From NCBI GenBank assembly GCA_965217895.1, contig CBDCJV010000002.1, forward strand, positions 352,001-416,000: a stretch of DNA of 64,000 nt, written 5' to 3'. This stretch comes from Waterburya sp. GTDB lineage: Bacteria > Cyanobacteriota > Cyanobacteriia > Cyanobacteriales > Xenococcaceae. Below, piece by piece: positions 11,012 through 20,923 of the stretch. Both the position numbers and the translations under genes were made by a program. Position 1 is the stretch's first letter, and the number at the start of each line of letters is the position of its first letter. The notes below the pieces were generated by a model. It saw nothing but the letters and a program-made list of their open reading frames with translations, searched no databases and was not told the DNA's origin.

Positions 11012-11545
11012 ATGATAATGAAAAAACTAATTCAAATTATTAAAAACCTACCAATCAAGCAGATACTAACAGTATTTTTAGCAAGTTCTCTTGTATTTGT
11101 TAGCACTGCCTGTAATAAAGGAAATGTTGCTCAAGCAGAAGGTAAAGAGTATATACAAGCATCACAAACTAGGTCTGATACCTATGATGAATACGACGCT
11201 AACCAATCATTTAAAGGTGGCATGAATGGCTACAATGACGATCGCCGGTATGATGCTGGAACAGCAGCCAAAGCGAAAGAATTGGTTGATACTGCTAAAC
11301 GTCGCAAAGTAGACAATCTGGGCGAGTATGTAGATAATGTGGGAGAACGTTCACTACTTAATGAAGATGTCAATAAAAAAGCCACAAAAGCATTTTCTCG
11401 CAAATTAGAAAACAATAAAGATAAAGCCTTAGAGTACGTTGACGACAAATCTGACAAGCTAAAAAGAAACGTCAGTAACGCCCCTGATGAAGCCAAAAAA
11501 GTCTTTGAGGAAGCTAAAAATAACGCTAAAGATGCTTTAGATTAA
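11012..11545 (+). CDS. Hydrophilic lipoprotein, LEA-like/stress-type hypothetical
   Basis: Lipobox FVSTAC; K/D/A-rich helical C-terminus; AAGGAG RBS. Confidence 0.6.
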   Translation: MIMKKLIQIIKNLPIKQILTVFLASSLVFVSTACNKGNVAQAEGKEYIQASQTRSDTYDEYDANQSFKGGMNGYNDDRRYDAGTAAKAKELVDTAKRRKVDNLGEYVDNVGERSLLNEDVNKKATKAFSRKLENNKDKALEYVDDKSDKLKRNVSNAPDEAKKVFEEAKNNAKDALD

Positions 11546-11556
11546 GTTTGCTAACT

Positions 11557-11580
11557 AAGGCGTGAGAATACTTGCGCCTT
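11557..11580 (+). terminator. Hairpin after the lipoprotein gene
   Basis: AAGGCGTGAG-aata-CTTGCGCCTT. Confidence 0.4.
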
Positions 11581-11603
11581 GTAGAGCGATCGCCCGTTAG
11601 CTT

Positions 11604-12098
11604 ATGACTAAATTTGATTACTCTTTAGATTTTGCTAATCTAAACTTTCGCGATCGCCCCGATCTTTATCAGGTAGGTAAGGGAGAGCAGGGAGTTTTAT
11701 TAGTAGAGCCATACAAATCAGAAATATTACCCAATTGGCGATTTAAAAATCCAGAGATAGCCACCAGCTCTAGCCAAAAAATATATCAAATGTTCTTAGA
11801 ATATTTAGAGCAGGATGATTTTGTTGGTGCAGACATGGCGCGTAAATTTCTGCAAATGGGCTATACCAGATCGAGACGCTATGCCAATCACAAAAGCGGT
11901 AAGAAATATCGTCGCAATCCTCAAAAAGCAGGCTCTCAAGCAGCAGAAAAAAAAGCTCGTAAAGAGATATTGCCCCTAGATATAGATCCTATAAAAGCTA
12001 AGTCAGCAGAAATTTTTAAAGCAAAGTGGCAAGAAGCAAAAGTAAATAGCAAATATCAACAGCTATTAGAGCAACACCAACGCCAAATACGCAAATAA
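11604..12098 (+). CDS. DUF4385 family protein
   Basis: GKGEQGVLLVEPYKSEILP.WRF and GADMARKFLQMGYTRSRRYANH. Confidence 0.85.
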   Translation: MTKFDYSLDFANLNFRDRPDLYQVGKGEQGVLLVEPYKSEILPNWRFKNPEIATSSSQKIYQMFLEYLEQDDFVGADMARKFLQMGYTRSRRYANHKSGKKYRRNPQKAGSQAAEKKARKEILPLDIDPIKAKSAEIFKAKWQEAKVNSKYQQLLEQHQRQIRK

Positions 12099-12109
12099 CC
12101 AAGTTAAAA

Positions 12110-12328
12110 ATGGGACAAAAACAAATTAGAACAGGCTCTTCTGTTTCTTGGAATTGGGGTAATGGTACAGCAGAAGGAAAAGTAAAAGAGATTCACCATC
12201 AAGATATAACCAAGAAAATAAAGGGAAGTGAAATTACTCGTAACGGTACTGATGACAATCCTGCTTATTTAATTGAACAAGAAGACGGTACAAAGGTTTT
12301 GAAGCTTAGAAGCGAATTAAACAATTAA
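12110..12328 (+). CDS. DUF2945 (Hva1 TUDOR-like) small protein
   Basis: VSWNWGNGTAEGKV...RNGTDDNPAYLIEQEDG..VLKLRSEL. Confidence 0.8.
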   Translation: MGQKQIRTGSSVSWNWGNGTAEGKVKEIHHQDITKKIKGSEITRNGTDDNPAYLIEQEDGTKVLKLRSELNN

Positions 12329-12458
12329 CAGTTACCTTTTTTTCCTTATCCTTCATCCCTTCTTCCTGATCCCTTAAATTATCTCTCTTTAGCTAGATGC
12401 GATCGCAACTATAAAATAGCAAAATCAGGGCAAGATAAATGATTTTTTATTTTTATAG

Positions 12459-13349
12459 ATGCAAATACGAATCAAACCAGTATTCAAGCTTTTTAAACAG
12501 GCGTTTGTAGAATGGCAAGAAGATAAGGTTACACTTTTGGCTGCTGCTTTGGCTTACTATACAGTTTTTTCTATTACACCTCTTTTGGTAATTGCGATCG
12601 CAATTGCTGGTGCTGTTTTTGGTCAAGATGCCGCTAGAGGGGAAATTATTGGACAAATTAATAGCTTAGTTGGGAAACAAGGCGCACAGGTAATTGAAAC
12701 AGGTTTGGCTAATGCCGATCAGCCTAAGATAAGCGGTATTGCCTCAATTATCAGTGTTATTGTCTTACTCGTTGGCGCATCAGGTGTGTTTGCTCAGCTA
12801 CAGGAAGCCTTGAATACCGTATGGGACGTTAAAGCCAAACCCAAAAAGGCAAAGGCTAGCATCTGGGAATTTATTCGCAAACGTCTGCTGTCTTTTGGAA
12901 TGGTGTTAGCTATTGGTTTTTTACTTCTTGTGTCTCTCGTCACTAGTGCTATGCTATCAGGCATTGGAAAACTACAAATCGATCTATTGCCTGGTTTCAC
13001 TCCCGTCTGGCAATTGCTTAATTTTGGGGTTTCCTTTGGCTTCATCTCTTTACTGTTTGCCCTAATATATAAATATCTGCCTGATGTCAAAATTCGCTGG
13101 AAAGACGTTTGGGTAGGAGCAACAATTACCGCCTTCTTATTTACTATTGGTAAATTTTTAATTGGTCTATATTTAGGTCAAGGCAGTTTAGGCTCGACCT
13201 ATGGTGCTGCGGGTTCTTTAATCGTTTTTCTGGCTTGGGTGTTTTACTCGGCTCAAATTCTTTTGTTTGGAGCAGAATTTACCCAGGTTTATGCTCGTAA
13301 ATATGGTCAAAAAATTCGCCCCGATAGTCACGCGGAATTAATTGATTAA
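12459..13349 (+). CDS. YihY/virulence factor BrkB family membrane protein
   Basis: AAALAYYTVFS; STYGAAGSLIVFLAWVFYSAQILLFGAE. Confidence 0.92.
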   Translation: MQIRIKPVFKLFKQAFVEWQEDKVTLLAAALAYYTVFSITPLLVIAIAIAGAVFGQDAARGEIIGQINSLVGKQGAQVIETGLANADQPKISGIASIISVIVLLVGASGVFAQLQEALNTVWDVKAKPKKAKASIWEFIRKRLLSFGMVLAIGFLLLVSLVTSAMLSGIGKLQIDLLPGFTPVWQLLNFGVSFGFISLLFALIYKYLPDVKIRWKDVWVGATITAFLFTIGKFLIGLYLGQGSLGSTYGAAGSLIVFLAWVFYSAQILLFGAEFTQVYARKYGQKIRPDSHAELID

Positions 13350-13385
13350 ACAATGAACAATTATCAATTATCAATATAAGTTCAA

Positions 13386-15479
13386 ATGCTTTCTGGTCAA
13401 TCCACAATTTTAATAGTCGATGACTCTGCTGAAGATCGCTCAGTTTGTCGTCGCTATCTAAATCAAGAAAACTTGTCTACATATAATATTTTTGAGGCTG
13501 AATCTGGCGAAGAAGGCTTATCGTTTTTAGCATCGATGCAGCCAGATTTGATTTTGCTCGGTTATCTCCTGCCAGATTTTGATGGTTTAGAATTTTTAGC
13601 CAGATCGAAACGACAATCAGAAGCAATTCCCCCAATTATTATGATTACTGGAGAGGGGAATGAAATGGTTGCAGTAGAAGCGATGAAAAACGGTGTAAAA
13701 GATTACTTAGTTAAAGACCAATTAACTTCTAAAATTTTAACTACTTCAGTCCAAAAAGTTTTACAGCAGCATCATTTACAATCTTTACTGACCAAAAACA
13801 TAGAGAAACAGCAGTTAATTGCCGAAACTTCTTTACGCATTCGTCAAACTTTAGACATATCATCAATTCTCGATACCGCAGTCAAAGAAGTTCAGATCTT
13901 GCTCAATTGCGATCGCGTTGTAGTCTATCGTTTTGCCCCAGATCTGACTGGTAATATTGTTGCCGAGTCGGTTGTATCGGAACAGAAACCTGCTTTGGGG
14001 GCAAATATAATTGATACTTGTTTCCAAGAAAAAGGATTAGATAAATATGAACGAGGAGAAATATTAGCCACAAATGATGTATATAAAGCGGGCTTTTCTC
14101 AGTGTCATCTTGAATTACTAGAAGAATTTCAGGTCAAGGCAAATGTAATTGTGCCGATTTTACTTGCTCCTTCCCAGGTAAACAGATCTATCTGGGGCTT
14201 GTTGATTGCCCATCAGTGTAGCTATAGTCGTCATTGGCAAAAAGATGAAATTGAACTACTAGACAAATTGTCGGTACAGCTAGCGATCGCTATTCAACAG
14301 GCAGAGTTAATTGATAATCTGCAAAGTGAATTAAAAACCAGAAAGCAGCTAGAAACAGAGCTAGAACGATTAGTTCAGGTATTAGAAGCATCTCAAGACT
14401 ATATAGGGTTGGTCGATACAGCGGGTAAAGTTATCTGGAATAATCCCCAAATGAAGCGAATAAGAGGGATTACCGATGACCAAGATCCTGCTCACCTGTC
14501 TATTGTCAATTATTATCCTGATTGGGCATATAAGATCATTAGCGAAGAAGGAATTCCTGAAGCTATTGCCCAAGGTAGTTGGCTAGGAGAAACTGCAATT
14601 CTAGATCGAGAAGGGCAAGAAATACCCGTATCTCAGCTAATTCTGGCTCATAAATCTGCTGATGGCATTGAATATATTTCTACGGTAATGCGGGACTTAA
14701 CTAAGCAAAAGCAGACGGAAAAATCTTTACAGGAAAGGGTTCTAGAGCTAAATTGGGTCAACCAAGAACTGCTTAAAACTACAGCTTTATTAAAAAAACG
14801 CAACCAAGAATTAGATCATTTTGCCTACGTTACCTCTCACGATCTTAAAGCACCGTTACGCGCGATCGCCAATTTAGCTACTTGGCTAGGGGAAGATTTA
14901 GCAGGAGAAATACCCGAAGAAAATCAACAGCAACTTCAGCTAATGCAGTCTCGTGTCCAGCGTTTAGAAGGATTGATTCAAGGATTATTAGAGTATTCTC
15001 GTGTGGGGCGAAAAAATAACCTGATTGAAGCTATAGATGTGGGCAATTTAGTTAAAGAGGTAATTGATTCTTTGTCACCACCTCCAGAATTTAGCATATT
15101 TATCGCTGCTGATTTACCCACTATAAAAACTGAAGTAGTATTACTGCAACAAGTATTTTCCAATTTAATTGATAATGCCATCAAATATCACCCTGAAAAA
15201 TCTGGCAAGATAACTATCTCCGCCCAGGATAAAGATGACTTTTATGAATTTGCCGTATCTGATAACGGAAAAGGTATAGATCCCCAATATCATGAGCGAA
15301 TCTTTACTATTTTTCAGACATTACAAGCCAGAGATACCTTTGAAAGTACAGGCATAGGCTTATCTATTATCAAAAAGATTGTCGAAAATCGAGGCGGTGT
15401 GGTGAGAGTTGAATCCAAACTGGGAGAGGGAGCTACTTTTTTCTTTACTTGGCGCAAACAAAGTCTTGACGGTGATTAA
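13386..15479 (+). CDS. REC(pseudo)-cyanobacteriochrome GAF-PAS-histidine kinase
   Basis: GAF with DTCF and CH motifs (DRVVVYRF, VKANVIVPIL, WGLLIAHQC); PAS; H-box SHDLKAPLR; STGIGL. Confidence 0.9.
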   Translation: MLSGQSTILIVDDSAEDRSVCRRYLNQENLSTYNIFEAESGEEGLSFLASMQPDLILLGYLLPDFDGLEFLARSKRQSEAIPPIIMITGEGNEMVAVEAMKNGVKDYLVKDQLTSKILTTSVQKVLQQHHLQSLLTKNIEKQQLIAETSLRIRQTLDISSILDTAVKEVQILLNCDRVVVYRFAPDLTGNIVAESVVSEQKPALGANIIDTCFQEKGLDKYERGEILATNDVYKAGFSQCHLELLEEFQVKANVIVPILLAPSQVNRSIWGLLIAHQCSYSRHWQKDEIELLDKLSVQLAIAIQQAELIDNLQSELKTRKQLETELERLVQVLEASQDYIGLVDTAGKVIWNNPQMKRIRGITDDQDPAHLSIVNYYPDWAYKIISEEGIPEAIAQGSWLGETAILDREGQEIPVSQLILAHKSADGIEYISTVMRDLTKQKQTEKSLQERVLELNWVNQELLKTTALLKKRNQELDHFAYVTSHDLKAPLRAIANLATWLGEDLAGEIPEENQQQLQLMQSRVQRLEGLIQGLLEYSRVGRKNNLIEAIDVGNLVKEVIDSLSPPPEFSIFIAADLPTIKTEVVLLQQVFSNLIDNAIKYHPEKSGKITISAQDKDDFYEFAVSDNGKGIDPQYHERIFTIFQTLQARDTFESTGIGLSIIKKIVENRGGVVRVESKLGEGATFFFTWRKQSLDGD

Positions 15480-15482
15480 AAT

Positions 15483-15520
15483 AAAGCGATCGCCTTTGTT
15501 TTGATTAATAGCGATCGCTT
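15483..15520. terminator. HIP1-based hairpin between convergent genes
   Basis: AAAGCGATCGC...GCGATCGCTTT followed by a T-rich tract. Confidence 0.4.
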
Positions 15521-15544
15521 TACTTTGTTTGCTTTTACTTATCT

Positions 15545-15704
15545 GATGTTACGCATTTATCGATCTGTGAAGACTGGGTAGTGGGGTAATTGGGTTAGTG
15601 GGGTGCTTGGGGTAGTTTGGCTTCACTATCTCCACCACTCCACCACTCCACTACTTCTCTATACTCCTTACTCACTACTCCATGACTTCATGCTGCGTAA
15701 TATC
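15545..15704. mobile_element. MITE-like element with G-rich/C-rich interior
   Basis: Terminal inverted repeats GATGTTACGCA / TGCGTAATATC (10 of 11 match); G-tract array followed by (CTCCACCA)-type repeats. Confidence 0.6.
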
Positions 15705-15726
15705 TTTTACTTATATTAAATTCCTG

Positions 15727-16557
15727 TTATACAGGAGTAGCGATCGCATGACCGACACACCAGTCTATTGTGTCGTACGAGTTTTCAGTTGCAGTGACTT
15801 TATAGCCCAAAGTCTGAAGAAAGGACTCTAATTCTTTATATTTGTGATCGTAAGTAGCGCGATCGCCATCATCAATTTCATAAATAATCGTAGGCTTGTA
15901 GGTTTTCATGGTTTCGGTCATCCCTTTTAATACGTCTAATTCTGCCCCTTCAACATCCACCTTGACAAAATTGGGTGGCTGAATCTGATTTTGAGCAATC
16001 AGATCGTCAATGGACACAATATCTACGGTTGCTTCTCCTGCCAAATCGGGTGGCGCATCGGCGGTAGCCAGGGCGTGTCCTCCTGAATATTGAGCTAATA
16101 GTAGCTGCCCTGACCCTGATGTGTGAGAGACAGCTTTTTCGATAACTTCGACCTGAGTAAAATTATTTAGTTGGGCATTGTGTCGTACGCTCTTAGCATT
16201 TCCTTTCCCAGGCTCAAAAGCATAGACTTTGCCAGTCTTGCCAACCAATTTGGCAGCAATAACCGTAAAAAAACCGACATTTGCGCCAATATCATAAAAA
16301 ACGTCTCCATCCTTTAGATGTTGGGCAAAAATATTTTGAATCGGTACTTCATAAGTTCCTAATGCCAATTCTGGACAAGATTCTCCAGTGTTAAATTTTA
16401 ATTTTTTGGCAATGCCGTTTCTGACGGTTACATCTCGCTGACGCAAACCTGCTGTAGCCAGACGATATCCTAATGAGCCAGGGTTAGATGCTGCTAGCTT
16501 TTCAAGTATGTTTACAGGAAATAAAGGTAAAGTGCGAAATATTGCTTGTTTAATCAT
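15727..16557 (-). CDS. FkbM family methyltransferase
   Basis: FYDIGANVGFF, VYAFEP, VKVDVEGAELDVL. Confidence 0.93.
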   Translation of the reverse strand: MIKQAIFRTLPLFPVNILEKLAASNPGSLGYRLATAGLRQRDVTVRNGIAKKLKFNTGESCPELALGTYEVPIQNIFAQHLKDGDVFYDIGANVGFFTVIAAKLVGKTGKVYAFEPGKGNAKSVRHNAQLNNFTQVEVIEKAVSHTSGSGQLLLAQYSGGHALATADAPPDLAGEATVDIVSIDDLIAQNQIQPPNFVKVDVEGAELDVLKGMTETMKTYKPTIIYEIDDGDRATYDHKYKELESFLQTLGYKVTATENSYDTIDWCVGHAIATPV

Positions 16558-16569
16558 GATTTTAAGAAG

Positions 16570-17376
16570 TTAAATAATAGTACGACGAAAAATTTCTTGT
16601 GTTTGAAAGAAACATTCTAGCCATTCTCCATTAGAGACATCTTGAAGAAGTCCCCAATTTGGATCATCAACTAAACGTTCCATTTGGGTTTGGTGTTGAG
16701 CTAGAGCAAGCTGTTTTTGAGCTTTAACTGGCTCAATTTCCACGCGGCAATTAAATTCTTTTAGTAGCTGCCAGCCTAAGCTAGCCTTAATACTAGCCTT
16801 AAAATATGCTATTTGAGAAGTGCGATCGCCCGATCTATTTGTCCAGGGAAAATGATGCCAGTACCAAACGGGATATTCATAAACAGTAATTTGGGGATAG
16901 TTTGCCAATGCCGCCAAGACTATGTTCGTGGTAGCCTTATGGTCTGGATGGGTTTCGCGAGCATAAGGTATAAATACCTGTTGAGGTTTGTCTTGTAAAA
17001 GTAATTGCTGAACTCGTTCGACTGCAATTGCTGTTTTCGGCTCTAGTTCTCCGTCACAAAAGCCAAAAAACAGCACATCGTCTGAGGATAATCCTAAGCA
17101 TTCAGCAGCTTTAATTGCTTCTTGTTGACGCAGCGTAATTAACTTATCTTCAGGGATAAAGCGATCGTGGGAACGACTACCATCAGTCATAAAAACCACC
17201 TTGACCTCTGCCCCAGCCTTCCGTTTGCGAATAATTGTGCCTCCACAGCCTAAAGTTTCATCATCCTGATGCGGAGAAAAAACGATTGCCGAGGCTGCCA
17301 ACTCTTTGTCAGGCAGGGGTTTTATTTGGTCAATTTGCTGGAGATAGCGATCGCGCAACTTCTTTCTCAGAGTCAT
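16570..17376 (-). CDS. PIG-L/LmbE family N-deacetylase
   Basis: SPHQDDETLGCGG, RQQEA, HPDH. Confidence 0.92.
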   Translation of the reverse strand: MTLRKKLRDRYLQQIDQIKPLPDKELAASAIVFSPHQDDETLGCGGTIIRKRKAGAEVKVVFMTDGSRSHDRFIPEDKLITLRQQEAIKAAECLGLSSDDVLFFGFCDGELEPKTAIAVERVQQLLLQDKPQQVFIPYARETHPDHKATTNIVLAALANYPQITVYEYPVWYWHHFPWTNRSGDRTSQIAYFKASIKASLGWQLLKEFNCRVEIEPVKAQKQLALAQHQTQMERLVDDPNWGLLQDVSNGEWLECFFQTQEIFRRTII

Positions 17377-18649
17377 TTGCTGTAATACTTACCCCCATTG
17401 TTTCGTAATTAAAGACTAGGCTTTTGGCGATCTGTTCCCAAGTGTAATATTTCAAAACCCTCTTCCTGCCAGCTTCACCCATTTTTTTAGCCGTCTCTGG
17501 TTCGGAAATTATGGTTGTAATGGCATTGGCTAAAGCCTGGATATCTCCAGGGTCGGTCAACAAACCAGTTACGCCATCATTGACAATTTCTGTCATGCCA
17601 CCAATCTTGGTCGCCACTACTGGTGTTTGGGTCGCCATCGCCTCTACTAGGCTCATACCAAAAGCTTCGCTTAAGGATGGATTAATCACTACATCTGCTT
17701 GTTGGTAATAGGATAATACTTGTTCTTGAGCCAGAGAACCCGTAAAAATTATCTGGTCAGACAGATGAGGAGGAATTTTACTCTTGATGTATTCAAGGTA
17801 ATCAACACCATAATAAGGTTCTAGAGCCTGCACCTCTGGTTCAGGCTGTAGATCGAACAGCATTTCTTTAGAAACTATAATATGAGGTCCAATTATAGTT
17901 AGTAAAGCATTAGGATATGTAGCTGTTACTTCGATAAAAGCATCTATCAAATCGTGAATACCCTTTTCAGGCGAGATACGACCAACAAAAAGCATTTGTG
18001 GCGCATCTTGGCTATTTTCTAGACGAGATTTAGCGGCTGGAACAAAATAATTGGCATCAACTCCATTGTTAACCGTACGACAAATTCCCGCATATTCAGG
18101 AAAGCGAGCAGCAATTTTGCTAGTTATGTAGTCGCTACAGCTAATAACTAAGTCTAGCTTTGCCAGCCTTTTGGAGATCGCTTCTTGGTTCAGGCGATTG
18201 ACCCATTCACAATGAAGATGCAAAACTATTTTGGCATCGGGGTTATACTTGCGAACTATCGGCACAAACTGAGAATGATTGTGAATATGAATGATGTCAC
18301 TACCTTGTTGAGCGGCATCCTTGGCAACCTGCTTACCATAACCGTAATGAAACCAAGTAGAGGCAAAATAAGGTAGAGGCGAGTTAGCATTAAGCCTTTT
18401 GGCGATCGCTCTGGGTATTTTCAATAAACTATCGAGCCGACGAGAAATTCCTCTGTATTTTATTTTATTAGCAGCTAGGTTGGAATTTGATTCTTGAGGA
18501 GTATTTGACTTACTTTTATAGCCATAATAAGTCACCTGATAATACTCTATAAGACGACGACTAATTTGATAACTCCATATTCCTGTTGAATCGCTACCTT
18601 TAGGGGGAGCAGCTATTGTCCAAGGTTGGTTTACTAGAGACAATTTCAA
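17330..18649 (-). CDS. GT4 family glycosyltransferase
   Basis: LFVGRISPEKG, EAFGMSLVEAMA. Confidence 0.93.
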   Translation of the reverse strand: MKLSLVNQPWTIAAPPKGSDSTGIWSYQISRRLIEYYQVTYYGYKSKSNTPQESNSNLAANKIKYRGISRRLDSLLKIPRAIAKRLNANSPLPYFASTWFHYGYGKQVAKDAAQQGSDIIHIHNHSQFVPIVRKYNPDAKIVLHLHCEWVNRLNQEAISKRLAKLDLVISCSDYITSKIAARFPEYAGICRTVNNGVDANYFVPAAKSRLENSQDAPQMLFVGRISPEKGIHDLIDAFIEVTATYPNALLTIIGPHIIVSKEMLFDLQPEPEVQALEPYYGVDYLEYIKSKIPPHLSDQIIFTGSLAQEQVLSYYQQADVVINPSLSEAFGMSLVEAMATQTPVVATKIGGMTEIVNDGVTGLLTDPGDIQALANAITTIISEPETAKKMGEAGRKRVLKYYTWEQIAKSLVFNYETMGVSITANDSEKEVARSLSPAN

Positions 18650-18721
18650 AACAATTATATCTCCTATCTAAGTAATAAGTAAAAGTAAGAATATCACGTT
18701 TTTTTTGGACTTGTAAATAAG

Positions 18722-18926
18722 TCTTTAGGAGTATCTAAATATATCTTTGGAAGTATCTAAAAAATATTAATAAGCAATTTTATTATTAGCTATTTATCAA
18801 TACAGATAGCTTGTTTATAAGTTTAACCCCAATCTCTTTGACTATCTTTATATTTATACAAGCTTTATATTTAACCCTTTTACTTGATGAAACTTTGATA
18901 GCCTCTTTATACAAGCTTTATATTTA
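18722..18926. promoter_or_regulatory. Paired direct repeats in the divergent polysaccharide-cluster promoter region
   Basis: TCTTTRGRAGTATCTAAA at 18722 and 18744; TTTATACAAGCTTTATATTTA at 18853 and 18906. Confidence 0.5.
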
Positions 18927-19103
18927 GATATATTTAGAATTTTATATCTATGTAATATATTTATCTATAAAATATATTACTAAGCTAAAGCAATTTACAG
19001 AAAATAAAACTAACTTTAAAATAGATAATTAGTAATAATAGTAAGAAACTATCAAAAATTTCAGTTACTAGTATAATTATCTAACAGTCCCCGCCTTTAT
19101 AGT

Positions 19104-20393
19104 TTGTCTACCTACTTAGTTTTGAAGAACTTAAGCCAAAAGTTAAAGAACATATCGCAAAAACCTTTAGTTAAAAACAGTCTTTGGGAACTATTAGCAA
19201 AAGCTATTAATTTAGGTTGCCAAGCAGCATACTTCACTCTGATTGTCCGCGTCCTGGGTACAGAAAACTATGGTGCTTTTGTGGGAATTACTGCCTTTGC
19301 TGCTTTGATTTTTCCTTTTGCTAATCTAGGTAGCGGAGACGTTTTGATTCAGCAGGTATCAAAAGACAAAAAAGTGTTTCCTATTTATTGGGGGAATGCT
19401 TTACTAATTGTTTTTATTGCCAGTCTATCTTTGACCCTTGTTGCTTACTTTATCTCGCCAAGCGTTTTTCCTCACATAAATAATTTACCCGCGATCCTGG
19501 CAATTTTGTTAGCAGATTTAGGCGGTTTAGCTATCTTTGTTGTCAGCGCCAAGGCATTTATGTCTTATGAGTTGCTAAAAAATTCTTCTCTGCTACAAAT
19601 TATTGGTACAATCACTAAGTTTTTAGCAGCTATAGTGTTAGCAACCTGCTTTAGTCAACCAAGCTTGTTGCAGTGGTCATATTTATACTTATTGAGTTCA
19701 CTGACTACGGCAATAATCGGCATTATCTGGATCAACAAAACTTTAGCCAAGCCCAAATTAGCCCCCAAAATCTTACCAGCTATGGCTCACCAAGGATTGT
19801 ACTTTTCGATTGGTGAATCGGCATACAATATCAATTCCAATATAGACAAGACAATGTTGGCGAGTATGGCAACTTTAGAAGCAACAGGAATTTATGGTGC
19901 AGCGTATCGGCTGATAGAAGTTGGCACTATTCCTATTTATGCCGTGCTGGGGGCTTCTTATCCTAGATTTTTTGTAGAGGGTGCCAAAGGAATTAAAGGC
20001 TGTCTAAATCTGGCAAAAAAACTATTGCCTTTTGTGGCAATATACAGCGTTATTTCCCTAACTGGATTTTTGTTGTTTGCTCCCTGGATAACCTATATTT
20101 TAGGAGATGAATACCACAATGCGATCGCCACAGTTCGTTGGTTGGCACCCATCCCAATTATTGGTTCAATCCAGTTACTATTAGCTGACACCCTTACGGG
20201 GGCTGGGTTTCAAAAAACCCGTAGTGCTATTCAAGTCACAACAGCCTTAACCAACGTGGGTTTAAACGTCTGGTTGATTCCTCTATATTCTTGGAGAGGA
20301 GCAGCCTGGGCAACATTAAGTTCTGATAGTTTTCGAGTTGTTTGTTTGGCGATCGCCGTAGCTTGGTTTTATAATAAACAAAAAGCAAACTAG
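19104..20393 (+). CDS. wzx: Wzx-type polysaccharide flippase
   Basis: About 12 TMs; RVLGTENYG, IDKTML, GIYGAAYR, NVWLIPLYSWRGAAWAT. Confidence 0.85.
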   Translation: MSTYLVLKNLSQKLKNISQKPLVKNSLWELLAKAINLGCQAAYFTLIVRVLGTENYGAFVGITAFAALIFPFANLGSGDVLIQQVSKDKKVFPIYWGNALLIVFIASLSLTLVAYFISPSVFPHINNLPAILAILLADLGGLAIFVVSAKAFMSYELLKNSSLLQIIGTITKFLAAIVLATCFSQPSLLQWSYLYLLSSLTTAIIGIIWINKTLAKPKLAPKILPAMAHQGLYFSIGESAYNINSNIDKTMLASMATLEATGIYGAAYRLIEVGTIPIYAVLGASYPRFFVEGAKGIKGCLNLAKKLLPFVAIYSVISLTGFLLFAPWITYILGDEYHNAIATVRWLAPIPIIGSIQLLLADTLTGAGFQKTRSAIQVTTALTNVGLNVWLIPLYSWRGAAWATLSSDSFRVVCLAIAVAWFYNKQKAN

Positions 20394-20791
20394 AAAAGTT
20401 TTAATTCTGGGGCATTATCAACTGATAATTGTTCATTGTTAATTGTTAAATTAGGACTTTCTAAAACGCTAATAGCTTCATCAATCATCTCAATAATCGT
20501 AGGAATAAAAGAAACTCCATAATAAGGAGTATCTAAAACACTATTAAATGGATCGTAATCTCTGATTGTTAATCCATTTTGAGTCTGAGGAGTAGTTGAC
20601 ACGAGTTTAAGACAGTGAGTTTCTTTGGCTATACTACGAACCTGCTGAGTATTTTGTTTAATTCGAGAACGGAGTTGAGCAACATCTAAGGAATAGTCTT
20701 GTCTGTAAAACCAATCATAAACATCTTGTTTGAAGGATAAAAGTAGTTGAATTTTTTCTAAAGTAATTGCTGAAAGTATTTGTGTAGTCAT
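20390..20791 (-). CDS. Hypothetical protein
   Basis: 133-aa ORF with ATG; the tail is encoded by heptamer-like repeats. Confidence 0.6.
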   Translation of the reverse strand: MTTQILSAITLEKIQLLLSFKQDVYDWFYRQDYSLDVAQLRSRIKQNTQQVRSIAKETHCLKLVSTTPQTQNGLTIRDYDPFNSVLDTPYYGVSFIPTIIEMIDEAISVLESPNLTINNEQLSVDNAPELKLF

Positions 20792-20923
20792 GGGAAAATA
20801 AGTGTCGTGTAGTTACGCCGATAATAACTATTATTATTGCTCTAAATCTGAAAATTTTTTACACTTTGGCAAAATTTAATTTTGTATCTACCTTAGTTAT
20901 TAACTGTAAATTTACTGGTTACG

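Noticed and set aside
17330..17376. 47-bp overlap of the GT4 and PIG-L genes
   Set aside because: Both frames look intact; ordinary operon overlap
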